A DNA stretch of 63,947 nucleotides, counting the filler, from Candidatus Hydrogenedentota bacterium (GTDB lineage Bacteria > JBFMHD01): assembly GCA_040752395.1 (NCBI GenBank). It is 14 parts of 14 records of this genome, joined end to end, with 100 filler letters (N's around TTAATTAATTAA, not from the genome) between each part and the next. Parts side by side here need not be neighbours in the genome. Positions count along the whole stretch, not along the records: positions 7,442 to 25,612 come from JBFMHD010000025.1; 13 more parts are not named here. One strand, 5' to 3'. Of this stretch, positions 10,475 through 20,670 are shown in pieces. The translations under genes and the position numbers were made by a program. Position 1 is the first letter of the stretch. Each line of letters starts with the position of its first letter. A model generated the notes under the pieces. That model was not told where the DNA came from and made no database searches. It saw only the letters and a list, made by a program, of their open reading frames with translations.

Positions 10475-11180
10475 AAGTTTGGACAATGTGGTTAGGTTTT
10501 GAAGTTAACACATTTAGACTTTTATCGCCACAATTAAATAATAAATCAACTATCGATAAATTGGGGATAAAATCTCCGAAAAACTGTGGGTATACAGGAG
10601 ATTTAAACTCCTGAAACTCAAGTTTTATACCATTCTCTAAAAATTTTTCTACACTATATAAGTTTTTACCCGCGGCGCCGTTATAACAATAGGAAGCACC
10701 AAGCTCTATACATACTGCCATCAGTCTCTCTTTACCCCTTACCTCTGTTTTTAATCGACTGCTATAGCTAATATCTCTTTCTAACCCTAAAAAATTCATA
10801 CATAAAAATATTAGTTCCATATCAAGGTCTATAAGATACTCGAATCTTTTATTTATTACATCAATTATGGGTTCAAAATAATCATTAAAATAAGGTGTTT
10901 TACCATAGCAGGCTTTTAATAGGTTTATATGTCTTTTTTGCCAATCTTCATTATAAGAAATCTTTATATCTTTAATCAACGTTTTTGTAGGAGCTTTTTT
11001 TACAGGGACCGTAATATACACATCTTTACCATTAGTAGATTTGATCCTGTTTCTATTTCTCCAGTCAAGTTTTGTATATTGGGCATCGTCAAAAACAACG
11101 AATATATCGGTTCTGTAGATCTGCTCAAAAAAACCAAGCCAGGGGAGATAACCTGGCTGTAACATCATCAGACGTTTCAT
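10470..11180 (-). CDS. WbqC-family protein
   Basis: QPGYLPWLGFF, DDAQY..WRNRNRI, and YPQF..FIPNLSIVDLLFN. Confidence 0.92.
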   Translation of the reverse strand: MKRLMMLQPGYLPWLGFFEQIYRTDIFVVFDDAQYTKLDWRNRNRIKSTNGKDVYITVPVKKAPTKTLIKDIKISYNEDWQKRHINLLKACYGKTPYFNDYFEPIIDVINKRFEYLIDLDMELIFLCMNFLGLERDISYSSRLKTEVRGKERLMAVCIELGASYCYNGAAGKNLYSVEKFLENGIKLEFQEFKSPVYPQFFGDFIPNLSIVDLLFNCGDKSLNVLTSKPNHIVQTF

Positions 11181-11342
11181 AGCATTTCACTTTTTATCAG
11201 GTCTTTTTTAAAAGTATCATTTTTAAGGAACTAAATTTTATAAAAATAGCTTTTTTCATTCTCGTAATTCTTTAAAAACAAGCTTATTCTAAACTCTCAC
11301 CAAATTTATCTGGCAATAGTTTCTATTTACTATAATAACAAT

Positions 11343-11448
11343 GTAATGCCTCAGTCTTCAGTGGAGTCTCTTTATCTTGCCTCTTGTATCTAATTCGTGC
11401 CGTTTCTTGCTTCTTGCTTCTTAATCCCACTTATAACAGAGGGATTAC
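11343..11448. repeat. TCAG/CTGA-bounded repeat element, subfamily 2
   Basis: GTAATGCCTCAGTCTTCAGTGG...(CTTGCTT)n...TATAACAGAGGGATTAC. Compare 21889-21967, 34190-34278 and 46833-46887. Confidence 0.7.
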
Positions 11449-11490
11449 ATAACAATATAGAGGTCTGGATTTAGCGTCGACGTTGTAAAC

Positions 11491-11682
11491 CTATCTTAGA
11501 CGAATTTCTGCTCTGTTTTTACTTTCTTCTAATTCCTTCAAATTAAACTCTTTTTCAGCCATCCGTACTCTGATTTCATGAAGTCCCGCCATCATATCAT
11601 CCACTTCACCTCTGGAATTCATAAATTCTTTTGCAATACTTTCCCGAACCTCTACCTGATAAAAGTTACTGAAATAAGACAT
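11491..11682 (-). CDS. Small protein (63 aa), putative antitoxin partner of the PIN protein
   Basis: GGAGG RBS overlaps the PIN stop region. Helical, with VDDMMAGLHEIRVRM. Confidence 0.55.
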   Translation of the reverse strand: MSYFSNFYQVEVRESIAKEFMNSRGEVDDMMAGLHEIRVRMAEKEFNLKELEESKNRAEIRLR

Positions 11683-11695
11683 ATAAATTACCTCC

Positions 11696-12154
11696 CTAAA
11701 GCATTGTAGGTTCAACAATTTCAATTGAATTATAGCCGAGCAAAATATTTACCACATTTACTTCCCTTTTGGTCTTTAATTTAACAATATGTTCAAAGTT
11801 CCAACTTACCATAATATCAAGAGAATTGATTGTTGTTACCGCGAGATGAATTGCATCCTCAATGTGTTTTACTGGTATGATCCCTCTTGTTACATATTCT
11901 TGAGCTAATATCCTGATTTCTTCATCCTTAGTGGAAAGAGAATTAAAGCCTTCTATAAGATTAAGTAGATTTTCTCTTGTTACTTTATTACCTGTAGATT
12001 CTATTTCCTTTATTACTAAATCAGAAATAAATACCTCATATTCTTTCAAATTTGTCCAAAATTGCCTTGTTGTCTCTTGACGGTAAGAATTCTTTTCATC
12101 AAAATAGGCATTAGGTACTGATGTATCTAAGTATAATTTTAATTTAGATCTCAT
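11696..12154 (-). CDS. PIN-domain (VapC-like) protein
   Basis: LYLDTSV, ISDLVIKEI, EDAIHLA and VSWNFEHIV. Confidence 0.9.
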   Translation of the reverse strand: MRSKLKLYLDTSVPNAYFDEKNSYRQETTRQFWTNLKEYEVFISDLVIKEIESTGNKVTRENLLNLIEGFNSLSTKDEEIRILAQEYVTRGIIPVKHIEDAIHLAVTTINSLDIMVSWNFEHIVKLKTKREVNVVNILLGYNSIEIVEPTML

Positions 12155-12346
12155 ATTTATACTTATACTATCTTTTTTATTTAAACTCAAGTAGAATTTG
12201 ATTTTTTGTAGGGGAGGTTTTTGATACTGAGTTTATCAGTTTTTTTAAAGGTATCATTTTTAAGGAACTAAATTTTATAAAAATAGCTTTTTTAATGCCA
12301 ATAGTTCTTTAAAAAACAAGCTTAAAGTTTTCAAAAACCCCTTTTT

Positions 12347-13840
12347 TTAAAAAGGGGGTTTAAAAGAGACATCTTTATCCAGCGCATAAAAATAATTATA
12401 GTTCCACGACCGGTATTCAAGGTCAATACATCCTTTACACATAGGTATCTCTTCTCTTCTACCCTGGATGTGTAATTTCCGCCAGGTATTAAAAAGCTCG
12501 GACTGCCATAACTCTTCTATACTATGTTCTTTAATATTTCCGACGCAGGAGGTATTGTAAATATCAGAAACGCATCCCCTGACATTGCCCAACGAATCTA
12601 TTAATACTCTCTCCCACAAAAATGGGCAGGGTACGGTTGAGTGGAGGTATGTAGAATATTCTTTTTTTCGCTTGATAATGCCTTTGAAACTTAATAATTT
12701 TCTTATTAATACATCATCTACAATTTCCTCCCAGAATTTAAAAATATAGTCCAGTTCATTTTCATTTGCTTCCTGCTCTATTATGCTTACCATTATTTTA
12801 GTATTATAATTATTTTCATTTCGCAATCTAACAAGTTCTTTTATATTAAACAATACTTTTTCAAAATCCAGGCCGATGCGTATTTTTTCAAAAGTCTCTT
12901 TAGTAGCGGCATCTACGCTTACTTCGATACTCCTGATCCGTCTTTTAAGCAGTCGTTCTGACTTATCAGGTGTTAATAAACTGCCGTTAGTGGTTAGGGC
13001 AACATTTTTATCTTGTTTTACATCAAGCAAGTATTCTATCATTTCAATCGCTTCAGGATGAGTTAATACTTCGCCGCAGGATGAGACACGAATCAAATTA
13101 TGGTGATATCCCGCACATTCTTCTGCAACCTTTTTTAATATCTCCCAGCTCATAAATGCATCCCTGCCTTTTATACTTGCGGTAAAATTTGTAGCAGCAT
13201 TAGGGCAATGGATACATCGGGAATTACAAATAAACGAGAGACCACAAACAACCATCTGCGGAAACGTTTTAGCTAGCGGAAATCTGAACCCGAAACTCTC
13301 AGGTATATGCGGGGATAATACCATATATATCCGTTCAACCTCATCATCACAAAAAAAATTATAATCTTCTTTTCTGCATTCAACAAATCCGAGTTTTTTA
13401 TAAGTTCTATAAGCAGCTATATTTTCTTTAAGCATTTTTATCCGAATTTTAATACAGGGGTGTATCTCCTGCCAGATATATTTTATAGTAAGCCTTAATG
13501 CCTCGGTCCCATAACCCTTTGCCCTATGCTCAGGATACCCGATAAAAATACCTATCTCTGCTTCCAGTCTATTATAATCTATCCCAAAAATATTAACGTT
13601 TCCTATATATTGTGGTTCCTGTTTATTACCAAGCATAATTTTAAAAACTCTTCTTGCTGGATCATTTCTGACTTTATTAAACCACATTAGCTGTTTTTCA
13701 AGAGTAAGCTCCTCGTTTGGTCGTTCAATCAATCTTCGTAACTCATTATCTTTCATCCATTGTAAGTTTATTTCGAGGTCATTTTCTGTAAGTTCGGCTA
13801 AATTAATATTTTCGCCCTTCATTATGTATTTATCTTCCAT
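12347..13840 (-). CDS. Fusion of GNAT N-acetyltransferase (RimJ/PseH-like) and radical SAM/SPASM domain
   Basis: AEIGIFIG..HRAKGYGTEA and NIAAYRTYKKLGF; CNSRCIHC; SPASM/twitch cysteines CPFLW, GC and CKGC. Confidence 0.88.
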   Translation of the reverse strand: MEDKYIMKGENINLAELTENDLEINLQWMKDNELRRLIERPNEELTLEKQLMWFNKVRNDPARRVFKIMLGNKQEPQYIGNVNIFGIDYNRLEAEIGIFIGYPEHRAKGYGTEALRLTIKYIWQEIHPCIKIRIKMLKENIAAYRTYKKLGFVECRKEDYNFFCDDEVERIYMVLSPHIPESFGFRFPLAKTFPQMVVCGLSFICNSRCIHCPNAATNFTASIKGRDAFMSWEILKKVAEECAGYHHNLIRVSSCGEVLTHPEAIEMIEYLLDVKQDKNVALTTNGSLLTPDKSERLLKRRIRSIEVSVDAATKETFEKIRIGLDFEKVLFNIKELVRLRNENNYNTKIMVSIIEQEANENELDYIFKFWEEIVDDVLIRKLLSFKGIIKRKKEYSTYLHSTVPCPFLWERVLIDSLGNVRGCVSDIYNTSCVGNIKEHSIEELWQSELFNTWRKLHIQGRREEIPMCKGCIDLEYRSWNYNYFYALDKDVSFKPPF

Positions 13841-15243
13841 CTTGTTTTAAAATTCTCCTCTGTCTCTTTTCTTATTCTATCAAGCTCGATAGTGGTTACA
13901 CCCATCATTTTTGCTATTTTTTCTTTTCTTTTTAAAAAAGAAAAATTGATTCTGTCCCATTCTACGCATCTTATTTTTTCAATGTCGTACTGGGTAAATT
14001 CCACTGTTTTATATAAAGCTGTTGACCTTCTACTGACGTCTGCGAGTAAATCATCTTTATTAAGCAACCCTTTTTCTAAACACTTTTTTTCTAACTCTGT
14101 CCCTCGTTGAGGTGTTGCAATCGATATAGTGACATAATCAAATAATGGGTTTGAAGCAAGAGCTATTGTTTCCTCAATCTGTTTTTGTGTTTCATCTGGA
14201 AAACCGATAACAAAATAACCAATAATTTCAAACCCTATATCTTTAGCTATCTGTAATTTCTCTATGTCTCTATTAAGTTTCACTGGTTTTTTTATTATAT
14301 TGTCGATTACTTCCTGTGAACCTGACTCAAACGCAAGATTTAACCTGTAACAGCCTGCGGTGTACATCAGCTTCAATGTTTCTTCATCAAGCGAATAAAT
14401 GCTCATACCACCAGCAGCTATCCATTTAAAATTCAATCCGCTATCGAGCACACCTTTGCATAATTCTTTTATTCTGCTTTTATTAAGATTGAGGTTTTCA
14501 TCAAGAAAATGTATCTCCTCTATACCATAATCTTTAACAAGCATACACAAGTCTTTGATGACCAATGGGAGTGTTCGAATTCTTTGTTTTCTGATGCCAC
14601 GAAGGAAACTAACGTTACAGAAAGAGCATAAGCAGGTACATCCACGAGAGGTTTGATAATGGGTATAATTTCTGCTGTATTCAGGGTATCGTAAATTTGC
14701 TCTTCCTGGATATTTAAAATATTCTTTATAATTAAATTCTTCATAACAGGGGAATGGAAGCATATCTAAATCTTCAGTAAAAAAAGTGTTAGTATCAGGA
14801 TATTTTTCATTATTAACTATTTTTAATAATGGTATATCGAACTCGCCTTTTATTAAGAAATCGGCTTTGGTTCTTTTTATTGCTTCTTTTTGATACGAGG
14901 TAGCGAAGGCACCGGTATATACGGTCTTAATATTTTTATTATAATCTTTTGTGATATCAAAAAGTTTAGCTGTATCATCATAATTTTCTTTAATTAAAAA
15001 AGTGAGCATCTGCGGTGCTGATACAATATGATCAGGTTTAAAACTCTGAAGAAATTCAATATATCTCGTTTCGATTTTGTCCTCGTTTTCTATTAAATTT
15101 AAATCAAATGCGCTGATAATATGTCCATTATTTTTCAAAAGTGCAGCGGAGAAAGCAGGTTCTATGGGGAACAAAACTTTTTTTTGCACTGACCTTGTGG
15201 TATCAAGTTTTTCACGTTGAATAATAAAAGCTACTCTCGCCAT
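13822..15243 (-). CDS. B12-binding radical SAM protein
   Basis: TSRGCTCLCSFC, FLDENL, AFESGSQ and YFVIGFPDET, with an N-terminal B12-binding-like domain. Confidence 0.85.
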   Translation of the reverse strand: MARVAFIIQREKLDTTRSVQKKVLFPIEPAFSAALLKNNGHIISAFDLNLIENEDKIETRYIEFLQSFKPDHIVSAPQMLTFLIKENYDDTAKLFDITKDYNKNIKTVYTGAFATSYQKEAIKRTKADFLIKGEFDIPLLKIVNNEKYPDTNTFFTEDLDMLPFPCYEEFNYKEYFKYPGRANLRYPEYSRNYTHYQTSRGCTCLCSFCNVSFLRGIRKQRIRTLPLVIKDLCMLVKDYGIEEIHFLDENLNLNKSRIKELCKGVLDSGLNFKWIAAGGMSIYSLDEETLKLMYTAGCYRLNLAFESGSQEVIDNIIKKPVKLNRDIEKLQIAKDIGFEIIGYFVIGFPDETQKQIEETIALASNPLFDYVTISIATPQRGTELEKKCLEKGLLNKDDLLADVSRRSTALYKTVEFTQYDIEKIRCVEWDRINFSFLKRKEKIAKMMGVTTIELDRIRKETEENFKTRWKINT

Positions 15244-16025
15244 GGTTTAGAGGCCCCGTACTTTTTATAATAAAATTCTTTTGCTCTCTTTTTATTACCA
15301 AGAAAATACCATTTAAACCAGAAAGAGAATATATTTCTTATACTTGTTTTGATAGTCTTGAAATCGCTGCATTTACCAGGCCTTATTTTTGAATAATGAG
15401 AATAATAATGTATCTGGAACTGAATAACATCAAGACCTATAGCCTGGGCTTTTAACATACATTCAGCTGGTATAAACGAACTATAACTCTCAAGCTCTAT
15501 ACCCTCACAAAAGAATTCTCTTGGATAAAATTGCACAAACTGAAAATCCTGTATAGGTGACAAAAAAAGTATTTTTATAAGCCAGTAATTTATACGGGAT
15601 TTAAGCCAGGGAAAATATGCTTTGGTTTTTGTAGTATCGTGTTTGAATGCTACGATAACATCATAATCTTTTAAAAATGGTATTACTTTTTCGAGGTCAG
15701 CAAGGCTAAAGTGACCATCTATATCGTTCCAGAAGACATAATCTTTAGTCACATATTTTCTCGCGGTCCTTACAGCATAACCAACCCCCATATTATAAGG
15801 ATGATGAATAACTTTCAGTTGCGGGATCTCTTTTTCGAGTCTATCAACGATCTCAGATGTAGCGTCAGTGCTCCCATCATCTATAAGAATGATCTCGAAA
15901 TCATCTGTAAATTTCTTGAACTGCTCAACCCATACCATTATCTGCTTTTCAACCAGTTCTGCTTCATTATATGCAAACGTAATAAGCGAAAACGAAAACC
16001 CCATTTTCTTGTTTTCGGCAGACAC
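15231..16025 (-). CDS. GT2 glycosyltransferase
   Basis: AYNEA, IDDGSTD, NMGVGYA and DID motif. Confidence 0.88.
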   Translation of the reverse strand: MSAENKKMGFSFSLITFAYNEAELVEKQIMVWVEQFKKFTDDFEIILIDDGSTDATSEIVDRLEKEIPQLKVIHHPYNMGVGYAVRTARKYVTKDYVFWNDIDGHFSLADLEKVIPFLKDYDVIVAFKHDTTKTKAYFPWLKSRINYWLIKILFLSPIQDFQFVQFYPREFFCEGIELESYSSFIPAECMLKAQAIGLDVIQFQIHYYSHYSKIRPGKCSDFKTIKTSIRNIFSFWFKWYFLGNKKRAKEFYYKKYGASKPWRE

Positions 16026-16047
16026 ATAGGTCTGCCCCTTCTGTCTT

Positions 16048-17421
16048 CTAAATTACCTGTTTCTTTAAAAGAAAAGGTATTGTTCTTACTATAATCTTTA
16101 TATCAAAAAAGAGTGACCAGTTTTCAAGATAATATAAATCAAACTTTATTCGTTCCTTAATATCAGTATCGCCTCTGAATCCATTTATCTGAGCCCAGCC
16201 AGTTAATCCCGGCTTCATTATGTGTCTGTAAATATATTGCGGGATTTCTTCAATGAATTGTTTTACAAAGACTGGTCTTTCAGGTCTTGGTCCTACAAGA
16301 CTCATATCACCAATAAATACGTTCCATAACTGCGGTATCTCATCTATTCCGAATCTACGTAAAAATTTACCAACTCTGGTGCAGCGAGTATCATCCCAGT
16401 CAGTGATAACAGGTCCTGTCTTTCTCTCCGCACCAACATACATTGTCCTGAATTTGAAAATCCGAAATACCTTGCCATCAAACCCTACTCGTTTCTGTTT
16501 ATATAAAACAGGTCCTGAAGAGGTTATTTTTATCAGCACAGCTATTACTAAACAAAGTGTTGTAACAAGCGGTAACGAACAGATAACAAAAATTATATCA
16601 AATATTCTTTTCAAAAGCAGACTTTCCCTTGAGAGTTTTATTTCTCTTAATTCATAGAGTTCAAGCCCCTCAAGTAGAATACCATCTGATCCAAAATTCT
16701 CACATATAATCTTAACCCTTTTACCATAAAGTATAGACTCGACAATTAATCTTAACTCCTTAAAAGGATCTATGCCAGGCTGAGCTATGACAACATCTGT
16801 TAATGAATCCTCTTTTAAATATCTTTCATAATTCTTAAGATTGTCTATAATGCCTTCACCATCTTGTTGTTCTTCACAAGTAATGTATCCCTTAAATTTA
16901 AAAGACGGTAATCTCGATAAAATAGATTTTATTTTATGACTTATATTGTTATAACCAATAATAAGAAACTCAGGCGGATGAATAACTCCCCTGTTTATAA
17001 GGTCTTTTGTTTTTAAATGAAATAAGACCCGAACTAAAGATAACCCTATAAAACTCAATCCAAAGAAGAATAATAAAATAAACCTTGAATAATAAAAATC
17101 AGAACTGAATTCTCTAAACAAAAATGCGAATACAATAACACTTATAAAGGTTTTATTGATAACAGAAGCAGATTTCAAAAATGCAATACTTTTATCCTGA
17201 TAATATATATTCGTAAAAAATCTCTCTATAAAACCATAAATAACAAAAAATATTATCGTGATAATAAATAAGATAATATATGGTTTAAATGAATATACAC
17301 AAAATGGCCTGATATAAGAGAAGTATATGCGAACCCGTATCGTGGCTGTATAAAAAAATAATAGTAATAAAAAATCCGTTATTAATCGTAAATATATAAA
17401 TTTAGTCCTGTCCTTAATCAC
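16048..17421 (-). CDS. Undecaprenyl-phosphate sugar phosphotransferase (WcaJ/WbaP family)
   Basis: N-terminal TM helices; KRIFD, KFRTM, DEIPQLWNV..GDMSLVGPRPE and KPGLTGWAQING. Confidence 0.93.
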   Translation of the reverse strand: MIKDRTKFIYLRLITDFLLLLFFYTATIRVRIYFSYIRPFCVYSFKPYIILFIITIIFFVIYGFIERFFTNIYYQDKSIAFLKSASVINKTFISVIVFAFLFREFSSDFYYSRFILLFFFGLSFIGLSLVRVLFHLKTKDLINRGVIHPPEFLIIGYNNISHKIKSILSRLPSFKFKGYITCEEQQDGEGIIDNLKNYERYLKEDSLTDVVIAQPGIDPFKELRLIVESILYGKRVKIICENFGSDGILLEGLELYELREIKLSRESLLLKRIFDIIFVICSLPLVTTLCLVIAVLIKITSSGPVLYKQKRVGFDGKVFRIFKFRTMYVGAERKTGPVITDWDDTRCTRVGKFLRRFGIDEIPQLWNVFIGDMSLVGPRPERPVFVKQFIEEIPQYIYRHIMKPGLTGWAQINGFRGDTDIKERIKFDLYYLENWSLFFDIKIIVRTIPFLLKKQVI

Positions 17422-18502
17422 CTTTTATAACTTTCTCCATCTTTGTTTTAAATATTTCTTGCGAAAAATTCAAAGAATGCGCTCTTACCTCTTTTTTATC
17501 CCACGTTATTCTCTCGAATTTAGTTATAATGTCAAGCAGAGATTCAACACTATTCTCAAAATCAAAAAATAAGCCAGTTTTACCATCCAGGACTGTTTCT
17601 TTTGCACCACCCCTGTTAATAGCTATTACCGGCACACCACATGCCATAGCCTCCACCGGCGTAATACCAAAATCATCCACTGCTGGGAATATAAATCCTT
17701 TTGCGCTTCTTAAATAATCCCGTAGCTTAAAATCATTGACCCAGTCTGTAAATGCTACATTTTCCGGCGCCAATCTCTTATAATATGACAGCATCGAGCC
17801 TTTACCCACAATCAATAATCTTCTACTTGCATCTTTTTTAAAAGCTTCTAATAATATACCTATCCCTTTGTATGGTTCTATTGCCGAGACAGTTATGTAA
17901 TAATTCTCTGTTTTTATTTTCTCATTAAAAACAAAAAAATCAGTCCTTGCTGGCGGATAGATAACTCTTGAATCACGATTATAAATTCTTGAGATTCTCT
18001 CTCTGACAAACTCAGAGATAGCAACAAATTCGTCGACAAAAGAAGCTCTTTTTATATCCCATTCTCTTATTCGCGTGATGAATAAGTCAGTAAATATTCT
18101 CTTGAAACTTCCTTTCCTGAAATATACATCATACATATCATACGCATACCTCATAGGAGTTAAACAATAAGATATGTGTCTTGTATTCACATCCTTTTTT
18201 ATACTCTTAGCTACGCAATGTGAGATTGAGATAACAAGGTCATAACCGCTAAAATTAAAGCCCGAGATTGCAAAAGGGAATAAAGGCAGCATATAGCGAT
18301 AATAGAGAACTATCCCTGGAAAATACTGTAAAAAAGAGGTATAAATATTATTCTTTTTTATATCTTCATCAATAGGTTCAGGGTTATATATCAGTGTATA
18401 AATATCTGTTTTGCCAGTAATTGATAAAATATTTTTTAAACACTGTTCACCACCACGCATACCTGTTAACCAATCATGAACAATAGCTATCCGTTTTGGC
18501 AT
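17414..18502 (-). CDS. GT4 glycosyltransferase (WbaZ-like)
   Basis: VHDWLTGMRGGE, YCLTPMRY and DFGITPVEAMACG. Confidence 0.9.
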   Translation of the reverse strand: MPKRIAIVHDWLTGMRGGEQCLKNILSITGKTDIYTLIYNPEPIDEDIKKNNIYTSFLQYFPGIVLYYRYMLPLFPFAISGFNFSGYDLVISISHCVAKSIKKDVNTRHISYCLTPMRYAYDMYDVYFRKGSFKRIFTDLFITRIREWDIKRASFVDEFVAISEFVRERISRIYNRDSRVIYPPARTDFFVFNEKIKTENYYITVSAIEPYKGIGILLEAFKKDASRRLLIVGKGSMLSYYKRLAPENVAFTDWVNDFKLRDYLRSAKGFIFPAVDDFGITPVEAMACGVPVIAINRGGAKETVLDGKTGLFFDFENSVESLLDIITKFERITWDKKEVRAHSLNFSQEIFKTKMEKVIKGD

Positions 18503-19572
18503 AGAACTTCCTCAAATATTTTGAAAACCAAAAATGCTGTGTTTCTCCATTGATATTCTTTTACATAATCTATCCCTTCAACCACTAATTTTTTATAAGT
18601 GATCTCATCGTTCCAGATTTTCGCAATTAATAAAGCTGCTGAATCAACCTCAGCCGGTACGCTGATAATGCCTCGCTTGATATATGTATTTATCCTGCTG
18701 TCGTTTAAAACAATGGCCGGTGTGCCGAAACCTAAACCCTCTACTACCGACAACCCGAACCCTTCCTGACTCGATAATAAAAAAACAAATTTAGCTTTTC
18801 TATAATACTCAAATAATAATTCGTCACTTACTTTACCCTTAATCTCAATCTCGCCACGTAATATCATTTCATAATATTTTGTTATTAAATCTTTACTTAA
18901 ATCTGAAAATTCAAAACCTGTGCATACAATTTTATCTACAAGTCTAAATCTATTCTTCAAGACTAAAAAGATATCAAACATAAAATCCAGATTCTTATGT
19001 TCTTTTGCATTACCGCAATACAAAATTATATTCTCTTTATTCTCAATATTGCTGGTTGCTAAACTCATCTTTGCTGGTGTCGCTATCCTTATTTTTTCTT
19101 TATCAATCCATCTCGATAATTCGTTTCTGGAGACTATTGAATCGGTAATCACAATGTCTGCTGTTTTTTGTAAATAAAAGAGCATAAACTTTAAATAAAT
19201 CTCAGCAAAAAACCCAAGTTTTAATTCAGGTTTCAAATATAATAAGTCATGAACAGTAACAACCACCTTTGACTCTTTATTATTTTTTATTAAAGGCGTA
19301 TCAAAGTGCGGAAAAAAATATAGATCAAAATTAGATAGCCATATCTTAGTAAAATATATATGCTCCAGTAACGAATACACCCTGTATCTACAGGTACTCC
19401 ACTTGAAAAATCTATTTTGAAAGAGAGGATCAATGTGTTCCAATATTAAAATATTAAAATTATATTTATCATTGTTTATCTCTTTTAAATTATATAAGAG
19501 TTCTTCAACATATCTTCCAACACCACCATACCCTATCATTCTTGCATCAATAAAGATATTTTTTCGCATCAA
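18487..19572 (-). CDS. GT4 glycosyltransferase (MtfB/WbpY-like)
   Basis: IDAR..GGVGRY, TVHDL, HKN and EGFGLSVVE. Confidence 0.85.
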   Translation of the reverse strand: MMRKNIFIDARMIGYGGVGRYVEELLYNLKEINNDKYNFNILILEHIDPLFQNRFFKWSTCRYRVYSLLEHIYFTKIWLSNFDLYFFPHFDTPLIKNNKESKVVVTVHDLLYLKPELKLGFFAEIYLKFMLFYLQKTADIVITDSIVSRNELSRWIDKEKIRIATPAKMSLATSNIENKENIILYCGNAKEHKNLDFMFDIFLVLKNRFRLVDKIVCTGFEFSDLSKDLITKYYEMILRGEIEIKGKVSDELLFEYYRKAKFVFLLSSQEGFGLSVVEGLGFGTPAIVLNDSRINTYIKRGIISVPAEVDSAALLIAKIWNDEITYKKLVVEGIDYVKEYQWRNTAFLVFKIFEEVLCQNG

Positions 19573-20645
19573 TTGCCTAAGGAGATTCCCATACCCCTGG
19601 TCTGTTTGATAATTTCTGAATTTTTATCAATTTTGTGATATATACCGATAGCATTTTTTATAGGGACAGATTCTATGTTAAAACCCTTTAAACAAACCAT
19701 ATGACCAAACATGGACTCAGCTATAAGCCTTGTTGCAGCAGCACCATATCTCGTCCCAAGAATCCTATCAAATGAACACGGTGACCCTCCTCTCTGTATA
19801 TGGCCAAGAACAGTGCTCCTCACCTCTATACCTGTCCTTTTTTCTATTTCTTTCCCGATACTCTCACCTATCTTCCCAGGTCCTATCCCTGCACCATAAA
19901 CCACCTTATCATTTTTAGGCATAGCACTTTCTGCAACCACAACTATGGAGAACGTGCTACCAGAGCGATACCTCTTTTTCAAAAACTGACATACCTTTTC
20001 AATATCATATGGTATCTCTGGAATAAGTATAACATCAGCCCCACCCGCAATCCCCGCATAAAGAGCGATCCAGCCAGCATGCCGACCCATTACCTCAAGT
20101 ACCAGGATACGATGATGCGATTCTGCGGTTGTATGTAATTTATCTATGGCATCAGTTGCAGTATTAACAGCTGTGATAAATCCAAAAGTATAATCTGTAT
20201 ATGATAGATCGTTATCTATAGTTTTTGGAACACCCACTATTTTTACCCCTAACTCGTAAAACTCCTGAGCCAATTTTAACGAACCATCACCACCAATAAC
20301 AATCAAGGCATCTATCCTCTCTTTGGTTAATCGGTTTATTGCTTTAATGATTAATCTTTTTATTTTTTTTTGTTTTTCCGTGGTTTGGTCTCTGTCAAAA
20401 AATATTTTAAAAGGCCCCTTATTAGTCGTCCCAAGTATGGTTCCGCCTCTCGGTAATATACCCTTGACATTTAAGAGTGTAAGCTCCAGAAATGACCCTG
20501 GCGACACAAGTCCCTGAAAACCATCCCTTATGCCGAAAACCCTATATCCATAAACTTTAATAGCTACTTTTGTTGCAGCTCTGATAACAGCATTCAACCC
20601 GGGGCAATCGCCGCCAGATGTCATAATACCTATTCGCTTGATCAT
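19569..20645 (-). CDS. pfkA: 6-phosphofructokinase, group III type, probably ATP-dependent
   Basis: TSGGDCPGLN, GGTILGT, GGDGS, PKTIDND, EVMGRHAG and LGHIQRGG. Confidence 0.92.
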   Translation of the reverse strand: MIKRIGIMTSGGDCPGLNAVIRAATKVAIKVYGYRVFGIRDGFQGLVSPGSFLELTLLNVKGILPRGGTILGTTNKGPFKIFFDRDQTTEKQKKIKRLIIKAINRLTKERIDALIVIGGDGSLKLAQEFYELGVKIVGVPKTIDNDLSYTDYTFGFITAVNTATDAIDKLHTTAESHHRILVLEVMGRHAGWIALYAGIAGGADVILIPEIPYDIEKVCQFLKKRYRSGSTFSIVVVAESAMPKNDKVVYGAGIGPGKIGESIGKEIEKRTGIEVRSTVLGHIQRGGSPCSFDRILGTRYGAAATRLIAESMFGHMVCLKGFNIESVPIKNAIGIYHKIDKNSEIIKQTRGMGISLGN

Positions 20646-20670
20646 TTCTTATTTCCTCTCTCTATCCCCA

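Larger units (their letters stand above)
11193..12324 (-). mobile_element. Direct-repeat-flanked toxin-antitoxin cassette inside the sugar operon
   Basis: About 93-bp imperfect direct repeats at 11193-11286 and 12232-12324, with a 43-bp identical core at 11214-11256 and 12251-12293. They enclose the PIN gene and a small ORF. No transposase is present. Confidence 0.65.
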
